NCBI GenBank assembly: GCA_964459225.1 | Contig: CAYWKB010000001.1 | Coordinates: 426,163 to 490,162 of the forward strand | DNA length: 64,000 bases | Direction: 5' to 3' | From: an uncultured Candidatus Saccharibacteria bacterium | GTDB lineage: Bacteria; Patescibacteriota; Minisyncoccia; Phycocordibacterales; PALSA-1337 | Shown here: piece by piece, positions 38,478 through 48,787 of the stretch | Position numbering within the stretch: the first letter of the stretch is position 1 | Layout of the letters: each line of letters starts with the position of its first letter | Translations under genes and position numbers: made by a program | Notes under the pieces: model-generated | What the model was told of the DNA's origin: nothing | What the model saw: the letters and a program-made list of their open reading frames with translations, nothing else | The model's database searches: none

Positions 38478-38747
38478 ATGAAAAAAGACATTCACCCAAA
38501 GGAATATAGACCAGTAATCTTCGTTGATAATTCAAATGGAGTTAAATTTCTAATTTCTTCAACAATCAAGACAAAGGAAACAGATAAGTGGACAGACGGA
38601 AAGGAATATCCAGTTTATCATGTTGAAATTTCAAGTTCATCACATCCATTTTATACAAATCAAGAAAAGACATTGGATAGTGCAGGACGTGTTGAAAAAT
38701 TCAAAAATCGTCAGTCAAAAGCAGTTACAAAGACAACAAAAAAATAA
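38478..38747 (+). CDS. rpmE: 50S ribosomal protein L31 (type B, non-zinc form)
   Basis: [17 protein letters not shown]...HPFYT; lacks the CxxC pair. Start at ATG 38478. Confidence 0.8.
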   Translation: MKKDIHPKEYRPVIFVDNSNGVKFLISSTIKTKETDKWTDGKEYPVYHVEISSSSHPFYTNQEKTLDSAGRVEKFKNRQSKAVTKTTKK

Positions 38748-38754
38748 CTACAAG

Positions 38755-38797
38755 AGGAGCTTGCAAGGTCGCTTATACCTAAGCTCCTTTTGTTTTG
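38755..38797 (+). terminator. Intrinsic terminator after rpmE
   Basis: AGGAGCTT...AAGCTCCT 8-bp stem followed by TTTGTTTTG. Confidence 0.6.
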
Positions 38798-38816
38798 TCT
38801 GATATAATATATAAAA

Positions 38817-39758
38817 ATGAATAATATCGAAGAATATAAAAGAAATCATAAAACTGCTTATTTAGCAGAAATATACGAAAAGCTTCAAAAGGAGGAGGCA
38901 GATATTATCGAAATGGTCAAAAATGATTCAAGTATAAAGGAGATGGCAGATATTGATTTACAAAATATTCAATTACAAAAAAAGAATACAGAGGATCAAA
39001 TAAAGGCAATAATTGAATCAGAAAAAGAGGAAATAGAATATCCAACCGAATTAATCCTTGAAGTCAGAGCAGGGGCGGGGGGCGATGAGGCAAATATTTT
39101 TGCTCGTGAATTACTCGAAATGTATGCAAAGTATTCTGAATCACGCGGATGGAATATTAGACAATTAGATGATTTAACTCTTGAAATTAAAGGCAAAAAT
39201 GTTTATGAATTATTGAGATACGAAACGGGAGTACACAGAGTACAGAGAATTCCCGCAACCGAAAAGATGGGTAGAGTTCATACATCAACTGCATCAGTTG
39301 CAATATTACCTATAAGGAAAAAAGTAAAGTTTGAGGTCAATCCAGCAGATTTACATATGGAATTTTCACGTGCAGGAGGTAAGGGGGGTCAAAATGTTAA
39401 TAAAGTTGAAACAGCGGTAAGAATACTTCATATACCGACAGGTATTGATGTTAGAGCTACAGCCGAACGTAGTCAGGCAGCAAATCGTGAAATGGCAATG
39501 TCTATACTTATGGCCAAATTAGAGGCATTAAAGGAGGAGGAAGAGGCAAAAAAGTTTAGTGCAGATAGAAAGGGTCAAATAGGTACAGGAGATAGATCAG
39601 AAAAGATCAGAACATACAATTTCCCACAAGACAGAATAACCGATCATAGAATTAAAGAGTCATGGAGTAATATATCCAAGATTTTGTCTGGAGATATTGA
39701 ACCCATTATCGAAAAGCTACAAGAATACAAAAAAGCAGGAGAACAGTTGCAAAACTAA
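38817..39758 (+). CDS. prfA: Peptide chain release factor 1 (compact)
   Basis: PAT tripeptide motif (RIPATEKMGRVHTS), GGQ (SRAGGKGGQNVNK), RTYNFPQDRITDHRI; RF1-type EVRAGAGGDEA. Confidence 0.8.
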   Translation: MNNIEEYKRNHKTAYLAEIYEKLQKEEADIIEMVKNDSSIKEMADIDLQNIQLQKKNTEDQIKAIIESEKEEIEYPTELILEVRAGAGGDEANIFARELLEMYAKYSESRGWNIRQLDDLTLEIKGKNVYELLRYETGVHRVQRIPATEKMGRVHTSTASVAILPIRKKVKFEVNPADLHMEFSRAGGKGGQNVNKVETAVRILHIPTGIDVRATAERSQAANREMAMSILMAKLEALKEEEEAKKFSADRKGQIGTGDRSEKIRTYNFPQDRITDHRIKESWSNISKILSGDIEPIIEKLQEYKKAGEQLQN

Positions 39759-39791
39759 GCTCTATTTGCTAAACTGAGCCTTACATTAATT

Positions 39792-40481
39792 ATGACATCA
39801 AATAACACAATGATACAAGAAATGTTCAAGGCGGGTGCACATTTTGCATTCTCTAAGACCCGTAGACATCCATCAGTTTCCCCATTTATTTTCGGAGTTA
39901 AAAATAAAGTCGAAATATTCGATTTAGAAAAAACAAGTCAGATATTGGCAGATGCAATATCATATGTACAATCACTTGCAAAGGAAGGTAAATCAATACT
40001 TTTTGTTGGAGGAAAGAGTGAAGCAAGAAATTCAATCAAAATAGGCGCAATGTCACTAAATATGCCTTATGTTGATGGTAGATGGATTGGTGGAACACTT
40101 ACAAACTTTGTTCAAATAAGAAAGAGAGTTGAAAAGATGGAAAGACTAGTTTCTGAAAAGGAAAAAGGCGAATTAGCAAAGTATACAAAAAAGGAAAGAC
40201 TATTGATTGATAAGGAAATTGCAAATCTAGAAAGATTTTTCTCTGGTATTGTTTCAATGAAGGATTTACCAAAGGCATTATTTGTAATAGATCCTAAAAA
40301 AGAAAAGAATGCAGTTAAGGAAGCAAGAGATATGGGAATACCAGTTATTGCTTTATTAGGTTCAGATTGCAATCTAAAAGATGTTGATTTCCCAATAATA
40401 GGAAATGATGCCTCACAAGCAAGTATTTCATATTTCGTTCAAGAAATAACTAAGGCATATTCAAACGCTAAAAAGGCTTAA
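39792..40481 (+). CDS. rpsB: 30S ribosomal protein S2
   Basis: MFKAGAHFAFSKTRRHP...GGTLTNF is a canonical uS2. Confidence 0.9.
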   Translation: MTSNNTMIQEMFKAGAHFAFSKTRRHPSVSPFIFGVKNKVEIFDLEKTSQILADAISYVQSLAKEGKSILFVGGKSEARNSIKIGAMSLNMPYVDGRWIGGTLTNFVQIRKRVEKMERLVSEKEKGELAKYTKKERLLIDKEIANLERFFSGIVSMKDLPKALFVIDPKKEKNAVKEARDMGIPVIALLGSDCNLKDVDFPIIGNDASQASISYFVQEITKAYSNAKKA

Positions 40482-40563
40482 GGTTTTTGTATTATTCTGA
40501 TATAATAATATGAATTCAGATGGGGATTGTTTAATAATTATTATTTAACTAACAATTACTAAT

Positions 40564-41151
40564 ATGATAACTACAGAACAAGTAAAAGAATTAAGAGATC
40601 AAACAGGCATTTCAGTTATGCAATGCAAAAAGGCCCTTGAGGAAGCAGGTGGTGATACTGCAAAGGCTCTTGTTATACTACGCAAAAAGAGTGGTGAAAT
40701 AGCCGCTAAAAAAAGTGATAGAACATTTGGTGCTGGAATAGTACAAGCGTATGTTCATTCAACTGGTCGAGTTTCTGCTACAGTAGAGTTACTATGCGAA
40801 ACAGATTTCGTATCAGGTAATGAGGAATTTAAAGCATTAGCAAGAGATATAGCTATGCATATTACCGCTACAAATCCAAAATTTTTAAATAAAGATGAAA
40901 TAACAGAGGAAGCAAAAAACACAGCAAAAGAAGTATTTATGAAAGAAGTTGAGGGTAAGCCAAAGGAAATGCAAGATAAGATCCTTGAAGGTAAACTATC
41001 AACATATTTTGGTGAAATGGTACTTATGAATCAATCATTTATCAAAAATCCTGATTTAACTATAGAGGCACTCATACTTGCTGCAGGACAAAAATTTGGT
41101 GAAAAAATCGCTATCGGTAGATTTTCTCGTATTGCAGTGCTTGAAAAATAA
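40564..41151 (+). CDS. tsf: Elongation factor Ts (short form)
   Basis: ITTEQVKELRDQTGISVMQCKKALEEAGGDTAKA UBA-like N-terminus; 2-nt gap to the next ORF. Confidence 0.9.
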   Translation: MITTEQVKELRDQTGISVMQCKKALEEAGGDTAKALVILRKKSGEIAAKKSDRTFGAGIVQAYVHSTGRVSATVELLCETDFVSGNEEFKALARDIAMHITATNPKFLNKDEITEEAKNTAKEVFMKEVEGKPKEMQDKILEGKLSTYFGEMVLMNQSFIKNPDLTIEALILAAGQKFGEKIAIGRFSRIAVLEK

Positions 41152-41153
41152 AT

Positions 41154-41576
41154 ATGAGTCAATTATTTGATATCTCCTTCATATTGTTTTATTTGTCATT
41201 TTTGGCTATTATAGCTATGTTTGTATTTAAGTATTATGAATTAAAGTCAGGTAAGCAGTCATTTATAACAAAGATATCGAGTAAAACAAATCATATTTCT
41301 CATAATATATTTGTAAATACAAAAAAGTTTATATCATATTTCAACAGAAAGACAGCACTTGCACTTATTCAATGGATTGCGTATCATATATTGTCATGGG
41401 TGAGGGAAATGTACATTAAATTAAGAAGATTGGCCCATATGCATCCTCCATCAAAAAAGGTATTAGACATGGTGAGAGGTAAGGGTGAAATAGATAAAAA
41501 TAAAGGCTCATCAATATACCTAAAGATGATATCAAGCGATGAGAGTAAGATAAAGGATCAAGAAGAGGTAAAATAA
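41154..41576 (+). CDS. Hypothetical small membrane protein
   Basis: 140 aa, one N-terminal TM helix, basic C-terminal region; no recognisable domain. Confidence 0.35.
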   Translation: MSQLFDISFILFYLSFLAIIAMFVFKYYELKSGKQSFITKISSKTNHISHNIFVNTKKFISYFNRKTALALIQWIAYHILSWVREMYIKLRRLAHMHPPSKKVLDMVRGKGEIDKNKGSSIYLKMISSDESKIKDQEEVK

Positions 41577-41583
41577 AATACAT

Positions 41584-41659
41584 GCCACCTTAGCTCAGTT
41601 GGTAGAGCAACGCTTTTGTAAAGCGAAGGTCCCCAGTTCAAGTCTGGGAGGTGGCTCCA
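41584..41659 (+). tRNA. tRNA-Thr (anticodon TGT), CCA encoded
   Basis: Acceptor GCCACCT/AGGTGGC, D-arm GCTC-AGTTGGTA-GAGC, anticodon loop TTTGTAA, T-arm CCCAG-TTCAAGT-CTGGG, discriminator T + CCA. Confidence 0.8.
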
Positions 41660-41660
41660 A

Positions 41661-42836
41661 TTATCTGATAACTCCTCCAAATTTACTTATTGTTTCTGAT
41701 TCTATTTTTTTGTGTATTGCGTCTACTTCTTCACTAGTTAAAGTTTTGTCGAGTGATCTATATGTAATGCGATATGCATAACTAATCTTATCTGCACCGA
41801 ATTTCTGTTCATTTTCATATTTATCAAGTAATTCAACTTCTTCAACAATATCAGGCGCTGTTTCTCTTACTAAATCAAAATAATCATTTGGCACGAAATC
41901 CTTTTTAACTATAAAAGATATATCACGTACAACAGCAGGGTATTTACTAACCTCAACAAATTTATTCCCAAGTATTAATTGTTTTGTAACTCTCTTATCG
42001 TCTGACCAAAGCAGTCTAATATCAGGTAATTGCATGCTTATTATTGCAAGTCTTTCAAGACCAAAACCAAAGGCCCAACCATTGTATCCTTCAACACCAA
42101 AGTCCTTTAACACAGTCGCTCTAGGCATACCACCGCCAAGTATTTCAATCCATTTACCATTTACCTCAACTTCAACTTCAAGAGATGGATCTGTATAAGG
42201 GAAAGTATCAACATTGAAACGTAGCTTAGTATCTTTTCCGAAGACGCCATAAACAATTTCACTTAATACTGCCTTCAAGTCATCTAGTACAAGAATATTT
42301 TTATCATTTGGAACCAAATAAAAACCTCCCATTTGATGGAAAATGTTCATATGATGTCTGTCTATCTCATCCTTTCTATATACTTTTCCATAACACATTA
42401 CTCCCACTGCCTTTTTTTCTGCAATTTTCTGCTTTATTTCTGGAAGATTTAAATAGTAATACCACATAACAGTGTCATGTGTTCTAAGTACATTTTTATC
42501 ATCAATATAGTATGTGTCAGACTTACTTCTCGCTGGATGATTGTCTGCGAAATTAAAAAGATCAAAAAGAATACTTGTCGGTATTACTTCAGGGATATTT
42601 ATATGATCAAATTCCTTTAATACTGGCAGACTAGTAACTCTAGTCATAATTTCATTTAATGGGCTACCAGGAGTTCTAGAAAGGTCAGGCATAGCTAAAT
42701 ATCTTTTAATTCTTTTGGCTTCGATATCAGTTCTTTTTTCAAACTCAGCTAATAGGCGCTTTTCATCATCTCTTGCGATATTGTAGTCGACTCTCTTAAG
42801 GTCATTTAGGTTAATTTTATTATTTGATTCATTCAT
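41661..42836 (-). CDS. pheS: Phenylalanyl-tRNA synthetase alpha subunit
   Basis: Class II motifs 2 and 3: FPYTDPSLEVEV and GWAFGFGLERLAI. Confidence 0.85.
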   Translation of the reverse strand: MNESNNKINLNDLKRVDYNIARDDEKRLLAEFEKRTDIEAKRIKRYLAMPDLSRTPGSPLNEIMTRVTSLPVLKEFDHINIPEVIPTSILFDLFNFADNHPARSKSDTYYIDDKNVLRTHDTVMWYYYLNLPEIKQKIAEKKAVGVMCYGKVYRKDEIDRHHMNIFHQMGGFYLVPNDKNILVLDDLKAVLSEIVYGVFGKDTKLRFNVDTFPYTDPSLEVEVEVNGKWIEILGGGMPRATVLKDFGVEGYNGWAFGFGLERLAIISMQLPDIRLLWSDDKRVTKQLILGNKFVEVSKYPAVVRDISFIVKKDFVPNDYFDLVRETAPDIVEEVELLDKYENEQKFGADKISYAYRITYRSLDKTLTSEEVDAIHKKIESETISKFGGVIR

Positions 42837-42980
42837 AATATTAGTTTAGTTAAAAAGATAATAAATGTAAAGTATTATGATAATGCAATTAAATATTTAA
42901 CAAGTCAATAGGGTATAATTGTGCAAAATTTGATATAATTATTGTGCAAAATATTCAAATAAATCTTATTTAATAATCCA

Positions 42981-45101
42981 ATGTCAAAAGAAAAGAAAGA
43001 GTCATACGGTGCCGATTCCATACAAGTTCTCGAAGGACTTGAGCCTGTACGTAAGCGTCCCGGAATGTATATCGGTACTACTGGTCCTGATGGTTTGCAT
43101 CATCTTATAACTGAAATTTTTGATAACTCAAGAGATGAGGCTATGGGTGGACATGCAAACCATATTGAGGTTGCATTATTGCCACATAATCGTATTAGAG
43201 TAGTAGATAACGGTCGCGGTATACCAGTTGATGTACATAAGACTACAAAAGTTTCAGCTCTTGAAACAATCATGACAGTACTACATGCTGGAGGTAAATT
43301 CGGCGGTGATGAAAGTGGATACAAAGTTTCTGGAGGTCTACACGGTGTGGGAGCATCTGTTGTTAATGCGCTTTCAGTTTATACTCAAGTCTGGGTACAT
43401 AAAGATGGTGGAGTTTATTCACAAGAGTATTCACAAGGTAAGAAAAAGGCAGCAGTCAAAAAGATAGCAAGCACAAAGGAGCATGGAACTATCGTATCAT
43501 TTGAGCCTGATGTAATTATCTTTAAAGAAGTTAAATTTGATTACAATAGAGTAGTTAATTCACTAAGACAGCAAGCCTATCTTGTTAAAGCACTTAGAAT
43601 AACTGTTATAGACGCAAGAGATTATAAAGGTGATGATACGTTAAAGCTAAATAAAGATGGAATTCTAGAAATTCCTGATGAAATAACTTATTTAAGTAAT
43701 TTAAATATCGAATCACCTTCACAAACATTTTTCTTTGAAAATGGACTTACTTCACTTGTTAAATTTAACAATCAAATATTAAAACCAATACATAAAAACA
43801 TTTTTTATGTTGAAAAAAAGGTAGAAGGAGTAGAGTCAGTCGAAATAGCACTTCAATATGCAGACGATATTTCAGCTAGAATATTACCTTTTGCAAACAA
43901 TATTTATAACCCAGAAGGTGGAACACATGTCACTGGTTTTAAAACTGCACTTACAAGAAGCTTAAATACATATGCAAAGAAAAATAATTTAATTAAAGAT
44001 GGCGAAGATAGCTTCACTGGTGACGATGTTCTTGAAGGATTGACTGCAGTTATTTCTGTAAAGCTTCGTGAAATACAATTTGAAGGACAAACAAAGGCAA
44101 AGCTTGGATCAGTTGAAGCACAAGGAGCTGTGGCAACTGTATTTGGTGAATCATTTTCAGCATTTCTAGAGGAAAATCCAGATGATGCAAGAGCAATGAT
44201 TACAAAGGTTGTGCTTGCTATGAAAGCTCGTAAGGCAGCAAAAGCTGCAAAGGACAGTGTGCTTCGAAAGGGTGCATTAGAAGGCATGACATTGCCTGGA
44301 AAACTTGCTGATTGTCAATCAAATGATGCATCAGAATCAGAACTATTTATCGTAGAGGGAGATTCAGCGGGTGGTACAGCAAAAACAGGAAGAGACAGAA
44401 GGACTCAAGCCATACTTCCGCTAAGAGGAAAGATTTTAAATATCGAAAGAGCAAGACTTGATAGAATGCTAGGATCAGAGCAGATTAAAAACCTAGTTTT
44501 GGCTTTTGGAACTGCAATTGGTGATACATTTGATATTTCTAAATTAAGATATCATAAAATCATTTTGGCTACAGATGCCGATGTTGACGGTGCACATATT
44601 AGAACTCTTATTTTGACTTTGCTATATAGATATTTTAAACCATTAGTTGAGGGAGGATATGTATACATTGCTCAACCACCACTTTATAAAGTTAAGAGGG
44701 GAAAAGAGATTCTTTATTTCTATTCTGAAGAGGAAAAAAATAAAGTATTAGGAAAGGAAATAGATGAGATGAATAATCTTATTGAAAATAATAATGCAGA
44801 ATCACGAGCAGAGCTACTTGAAAGAGCAGAAGCAGAACCTGATGCAGAAGAAGTCGAAATAGATGATGGAAAGGGAAGAAAGACAAAGATTTCAATACAA
44901 AGATATAAGGGTCTCGGTGAAATGAATGCTGATGAACTATGGGAAACAACCATGGATCCTGAACGCCGTATATTGAAGCAGGTAAATATAGGTGATGTGC
45001 AAGAGGCAGATAAGGTATTTGATATGCTTATGGGTACAGATGTTCCAAGTAGGAAGATGTTCATTCAATCAAATGCAAAGAAGGCAACTATTGACATATA
45101 G
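42981..45101 (+). CDS. gyrB: DNA gyrase subunit B (compact; ParE not excluded)
   Basis: GHKL ATPase N-box EIFDNSRDEA, G-boxes, TOPRIM EGDSAGG, C-terminal tail; 706 aa. Confidence 0.8.
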   Translation: MSKEKKESYGADSIQVLEGLEPVRKRPGMYIGTTGPDGLHHLITEIFDNSRDEAMGGHANHIEVALLPHNRIRVVDNGRGIPVDVHKTTKVSALETIMTVLHAGGKFGGDESGYKVSGGLHGVGASVVNALSVYTQVWVHKDGGVYSQEYSQGKKKAAVKKIASTKEHGTIVSFEPDVIIFKEVKFDYNRVVNSLRQQAYLVKALRITVIDARDYKGDDTLKLNKDGILEIPDEITYLSNLNIESPSQTFFFENGLTSLVKFNNQILKPIHKNIFYVEKKVEGVESVEIALQYADDISARILPFANNIYNPEGGTHVTGFKTALTRSLNTYAKKNNLIKDGEDSFTGDDVLEGLTAVISVKLREIQFEGQTKAKLGSVEAQGAVATVFGESFSAFLEENPDDARAMITKVVLAMKARKAAKAAKDSVLRKGALEGMTLPGKLADCQSNDASESELFIVEGDSAGGTAKTGRDRRTQAILPLRGKILNIERARLDRMLGSEQIKNLVLAFGTAIGDTFDISKLRYHKIILATDADVDGAHIRTLILTLLYRYFKPLVEGGYVYIAQPPLYKVKRGKEILYFYSEEEKNKVLGKEIDEMNNLIENNNAESRAELLERAEAEPDAEEVEIDDGKGRKTKISIQRYKGLGEMNADELWETTMDPERRILKQVNIGDVQEADKVFDMLMGTDVPSRKMFIQSNAKKATIDI

Positions 45102-45142
45102 TCAAATATGCTATATATTAACATTATAATATAATAAATAAA

Positions 45143-46585
45143 ATGAAAAGAATATTTATACTTTTAATAGCATTAGTTACATATATTTCAGTACCAAATA
45201 CTACTTATGCATTTCAATTGGAAAGACTTATAGATCCACTATGTCTTTTTGCTTGTGATAATGAACCACAAAATGTAACAAATAACTCAACTACAAATGT
45301 TAATAGCAATGTTAATTCTCCTGGTGCAAGTATTACAAATGTAAATAGTAATAATAATCCCGGTACGACTGCAGGAACAGTATTTGTACCTATAAACAAT
45401 ACTCCTACATATAACTATAACGACAGTTCATACAATACTCCATTATCAGTATCATGTTCATCAAATCCAACATCAGGAATGATTGGTGATTCAATATACT
45501 GGAAAGCCTATGTGTCTGGTGGAAACAGCTCATATTATATGACATGGTCAGGTAGTGAAGGACTATATGGAAATGGTAATTCAATTACAAAGCAATATAA
45601 TTCATATGGTACAAAAAATGCCTCAATAACAGTAACATCAGGATCACAGACAGTTTCAAAAAACTGTAATTCAGTTGAGATTTATGACTATGCTAGAAAT
45701 AATACATATTATCAACCTACATACATTCCTACATATACTAGAGATTATTACTATACAAATGGTTATTATAATTCAAATTATTATAGTAATTCTCCACTAT
45801 ATGTCTCATGTAGTGCTAATGTCACATTTTCACCTATTGGGGCAAATGTAACATGGCAAGCAAGTGCAACTGGTGGTAGTGGACTTTACTCATACAACTG
45901 GACAGGAACAGATAATCTCTATGGTTATAGTCAATATATAAATACAACATACAATAATCTAGGAGTTAAAAATGCTCTTGTAACAGTATCATCAGGAGGT
46001 CAAACAATATCACAAATCTGTTCAAATACAGTCACTGTTGGAACACCTTCATATTACAATGGTTATGCTTATGCAAGTAATAATTATAATGTAAATTATG
46101 TTTTAAATAATGGTTTCCAAATAGCATGTTATCCAGACAAAACAACAGCAAAGGTAGGAACACCAGTTACATGGGGAGTTGAAGCTATAGCACCAAATGG
46201 CGTTGCTAATAATTCATTATCATATCTATGGTATGGAACAGATAATCTAGGTGGAAGTCAGACTAATGCACTTATAGTATATGACAATCCAGGAACAAAG
46301 ACTGCAAATGTTACTGTCATTGCTCCAAATGGTCAAAGAGCTACACAAGTATGCGGTAATGGCGTATATATAACCAAAAACATTGGTACAAAAGCCGCAA
46401 CAAAGGCGGTTATAAAGTCAGTTGAGACAACTAAAGCAAGTACAGATATAACAACTACAAAAACAGATACAAATAATGCAATATTTTCACTAGGAAATAT
46501 TCCTTGGGGCTTTGTAGCAATACTAATAATTATAGTACTTCTATGTATGGTATTTTATCTAATGATAAATAAAAATAAGATATAA
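45143..46585 (+). CDS. Surface protein with signal peptide, N/T-rich spacer, three Cys-bracketed PKD/Ig-like repeats and a C-terminal TM anchor
   Basis: Repeats of about 85 aa following the pattern C...IG..V.W.A...GG..Y.Y.W.GTDNL.G......Y...G.K.A.VTV.S..Q......C. C-terminal hydrophobic helix then a short basic tail. Confidence 0.55.
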   Translation: MKRIFILLIALVTYISVPNTTYAFQLERLIDPLCLFACDNEPQNVTNNSTTNVNSNVNSPGASITNVNSNNNPGTTAGTVFVPINNTPTYNYNDSSYNTPLSVSCSSNPTSGMIGDSIYWKAYVSGGNSSYYMTWSGSEGLYGNGNSITKQYNSYGTKNASITVTSGSQTVSKNCNSVEIYDYARNNTYYQPTYIPTYTRDYYYTNGYYNSNYYSNSPLYVSCSANVTFSPIGANVTWQASATGGSGLYSYNWTGTDNLYGYSQYINTTYNNLGVKNALVTVSSGGQTISQICSNTVTVGTPSYYNGYAYASNNYNVNYVLNNGFQIACYPDKTTAKVGTPVTWGVEAIAPNGVANNSLSYLWYGTDNLGGSQTNALIVYDNPGTKTANVTVIAPNGQRATQVCGNGVYITKNIGTKAATKAVIKSVETTKASTDITTTKTDTNNAIFSLGNIPWGFVAILIIIVLLCMVFYLMINKNKI

Positions 46586-46592
46586 AATATCT

Positions 46593-47000
46593 TTACCAAT
46601 TAATATAGGTGATAGTAAATTGTAATGTGGTAGCAAATGATACCCAAGCTAAATAAGGAATTTGAATATAAGTAATCCATCTCTCGTATTTATATACTGA
46701 TTTCATCATCCAAATTATAGTAATTAGGACAAGTGAAATATCAATTGCCGCTAATAAGTTGTTTTGTAGTCCAAACTGTATAGGTGAAAAGATTACATTG
46801 AACAATAAATTTAAAGCAAAAGGTAAAGCGACTATTTTTGGTATAGTCTTTGTATATACTCCGTAAAATACCTTAAAAAAAGAAATTGCAATTAATAAAT
46901 ACAAAACACTCCAAACTGGTCCAAAGAGATATGATGGAGGCGCCCAATCAGGCTTTATTAATGTACTATACCATTCATAAGTTATATTTGAATTATTCAT
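46593..47000 (-). CDS. TspO/MBR (tryptophan-rich sensory protein) family membrane protein
   Basis: 5 TM helices; YEWYSTLIKPDWAPPSYLFGPVWSVLY matches TspO. Confidence 0.7.
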   Translation of the reverse strand: MNNSNITYEWYSTLIKPDWAPPSYLFGPVWSVLYLLIAISFFKVFYGVYTKTIPKIVALPFALNLLFNVIFSPIQFGLQNNLLAAIDISLVLITIIWMMKSVYKYERWITYIQIPYLAWVSFATTLQFTITYINW

Positions 47001-47007
47001 TCAATAA

Positions 47008-48201
47008 TTATACCATGGACTCAATTGGGCTTTTATCATCCAAATCTATTTTATTTAATTCATTTCTTTTTCTATACAAAACAATGTAAGCAATAATCAT
47101 ACATATTATACCCAGGACAAACGGTAATATTTTGCTTACTTCATATAATGATCCGGAGATTAGTGGCCCAACAGTCATTCCTATTGATGTGATTGAAGCA
47201 ATAACTCCCATTACCTCACCTCTCTCTGATTTATCAGATTGACTAACTATTTGGCTATTCATAATCACTCTAAGTACAGATTGCCCAAATGTTGTCAGTA
47301 TAAGTGCTATACAAAATACATAAAATGAATTAAAGCAAAGTAAAATAAATCCAAAAATAAATACAATTATCATATTTAACTCAAGCTTTGGCTCCTTAAA
47401 ATATTTAAGCCAAAAATGCTTCATAGCCAATCCTTGATTAATGGCAATTATTACACCAATTACTCCAAATATTATACCTCCGACAAGTTCATCAAATCCA
47501 AATACATCTCTCAAATAAATAGAAAAAACAGAATGATATGCTGCAACAGCAACGCTAAATAATAACCAGGCAGTATAATTACTTCTCAATTTAACTGTTT
47601 TAATTGCTTTATGTAATGGTTTAAATGGATTAATACTAAAAGCTTTTTGACTAAGATTAGTATGTGTTTCAGGAAGAGTAAAAATAGCCATAATACCGTT
47701 AAATAATGATAAAAAGCCAACAAACCAAAAGGGTACAGTATGTCCAAAATGACCAAGTAATCCTCCAAGGAATGGTCCGAGTATAAAACCAATACCAAAT
47801 ATTGCTCCGATTAAACCTAGATTAGCAGTTCTTTCTTTATCATCTTTTGAAATATCAGATAAATAACTTTGAGCAATAGGGAAATTTCCCGCCATTAAAC
47901 CGTCTATTATTCTTCCAATAAACAAAAATAAAATACTATTTGCGCTTGCAAAAACAAAGTATCCAATCGCAGTACTAAAAATACTCATTATAAGTACTGG
48001 TCTGCGACCTATTTTATCTGATAAAGCACCAACAACTGGCGCACTAAAAAATGCACATAGTGAATAAATTGCAGTCAATGATGTAACAAGTAATGCAGAG
48101 TCACTAAAGCTTTGCACATAAAAAGGTAATACCGGTATGACAATACCTATCCCTATGACATCAATAAATACCGTTAGTAATATAAGCGCTTTTATTTTCA
48201 T
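47008..48201 (-). CDS. MFS transporter (drug:H+ antiporter-like)
   Basis: 12 TM helices; motif A GALSDKIGRRPVL between TM2 and TM3. Confidence 0.75.
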   Translation of the reverse strand: MKIKALILLTVFIDVIGIGIVIPVLPFYVQSFSDSALLVTSLTAIYSLCAFFSAPVVGALSDKIGRRPVLIMSIFSTAIGYFVFASANSILFLFIGRIIDGLMAGNFPIAQSYLSDISKDDKERTANLGLIGAIFGIGFILGPFLGGLLGHFGHTVPFWFVGFLSLFNGIMAIFTLPETHTNLSQKAFSINPFKPLHKAIKTVKLRSNYTAWLLFSVAVAAYHSVFSIYLRDVFGFDELVGGIIFGVIGVIIAINQGLAMKHFWLKYFKEPKLELNMIIVFIFGFILLCFNSFYVFCIALILTTFGQSVLRVIMNSQIVSQSDKSERGEVMGVIASITSIGMTVGPLISGSLYEVSKILPFVLGIICMIIAYIVLYRKRNELNKIDLDDKSPIESMV

Positions 48202-48204
48202 TTA

Positions 48205-48765
48205 TTAATTTTTCTTAAATTTAATAATTAGAGTCATGAGAGAATTTGTGATAATCATAGCTATTGAGTGTAATGTTGTCGCAATATTATAGGATTGCAA
48301 TGAAAAAAGAGTAAGTATATGTCTTAAAGCATTCATACTAAATAGTACTGGAGTTTCTGTTTGTGGATTTCTCCATGTTTTCCTAAGTGTTGGTATAAAA
48401 GCTATTAAATCAATACATACCGCAATAATCACAGATATTGTTGCGTCTTTTGTAATTATCCACGGTATAAGTCCAAGTAAAGCAATAATAAGTAAATAAG
48501 TATCTGTTTTAACTATATTTTTGAAACCATATTGCAAAGAAAAAAGAAAAATAATTAATGTAAATATCTCAGATGCTCCAGTTGGTAATGCACCAATTCC
48601 TGCACCCTTTGATAATTGCCCGAAAAATGTAATTGCAGATACTATAGTCCAAATAAACCAAGTGTATGGATGTGGTTGTACTCTTTTTTTAATTATATCA
48701 ATCAAATAAGGAATATTACCGACAATAGCTAATATTGCCGCTATTATTGCTATGGTTTCTTTCAT
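48205..48765 (-). CDS. Hypothetical polytopic membrane protein
   Basis: 186 aa, about 5 TM helices; no confident family. Confidence 0.35.
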   Translation of the reverse strand: MKETIAIIAAILAIVGNIPYLIDIIKKRVQPHPYTWFIWTIVSAITFFGQLSKGAGIGALPTGASEIFTLIIFLFSLQYGFKNIVKTDTYLLIIALLGLIPWIITKDATISVIIAVCIDLIAFIPTLRKTWRNPQTETPVLFSMNALRHILTLFSLQSYNIATTLHSIAMIITNSLMTLIIKFKKN

Positions 48766-48787
48766 ATTACTATTATATTAACATATT

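Noticed and set aside
38817-39758. Possibility of an RF2 gene with programmed +1 frameshift, or UGA recoding (genetic code 25)
   Set aside because: The protein carries the RF1-specific PAT motif and RF1-type sequence, and is uninterrupted. TGA is used as a terminal stop (e.g. murJ at 4488-4490) and never occurs in-frame inside conserved genes, so the standard bacterial code applies.
41599-41781. 60-aa plus-strand ORF overlapping tRNA-Thr and the pheS 3' end
   Set aside because: It starts inside the tRNA and runs antisense into pheS; spurious.
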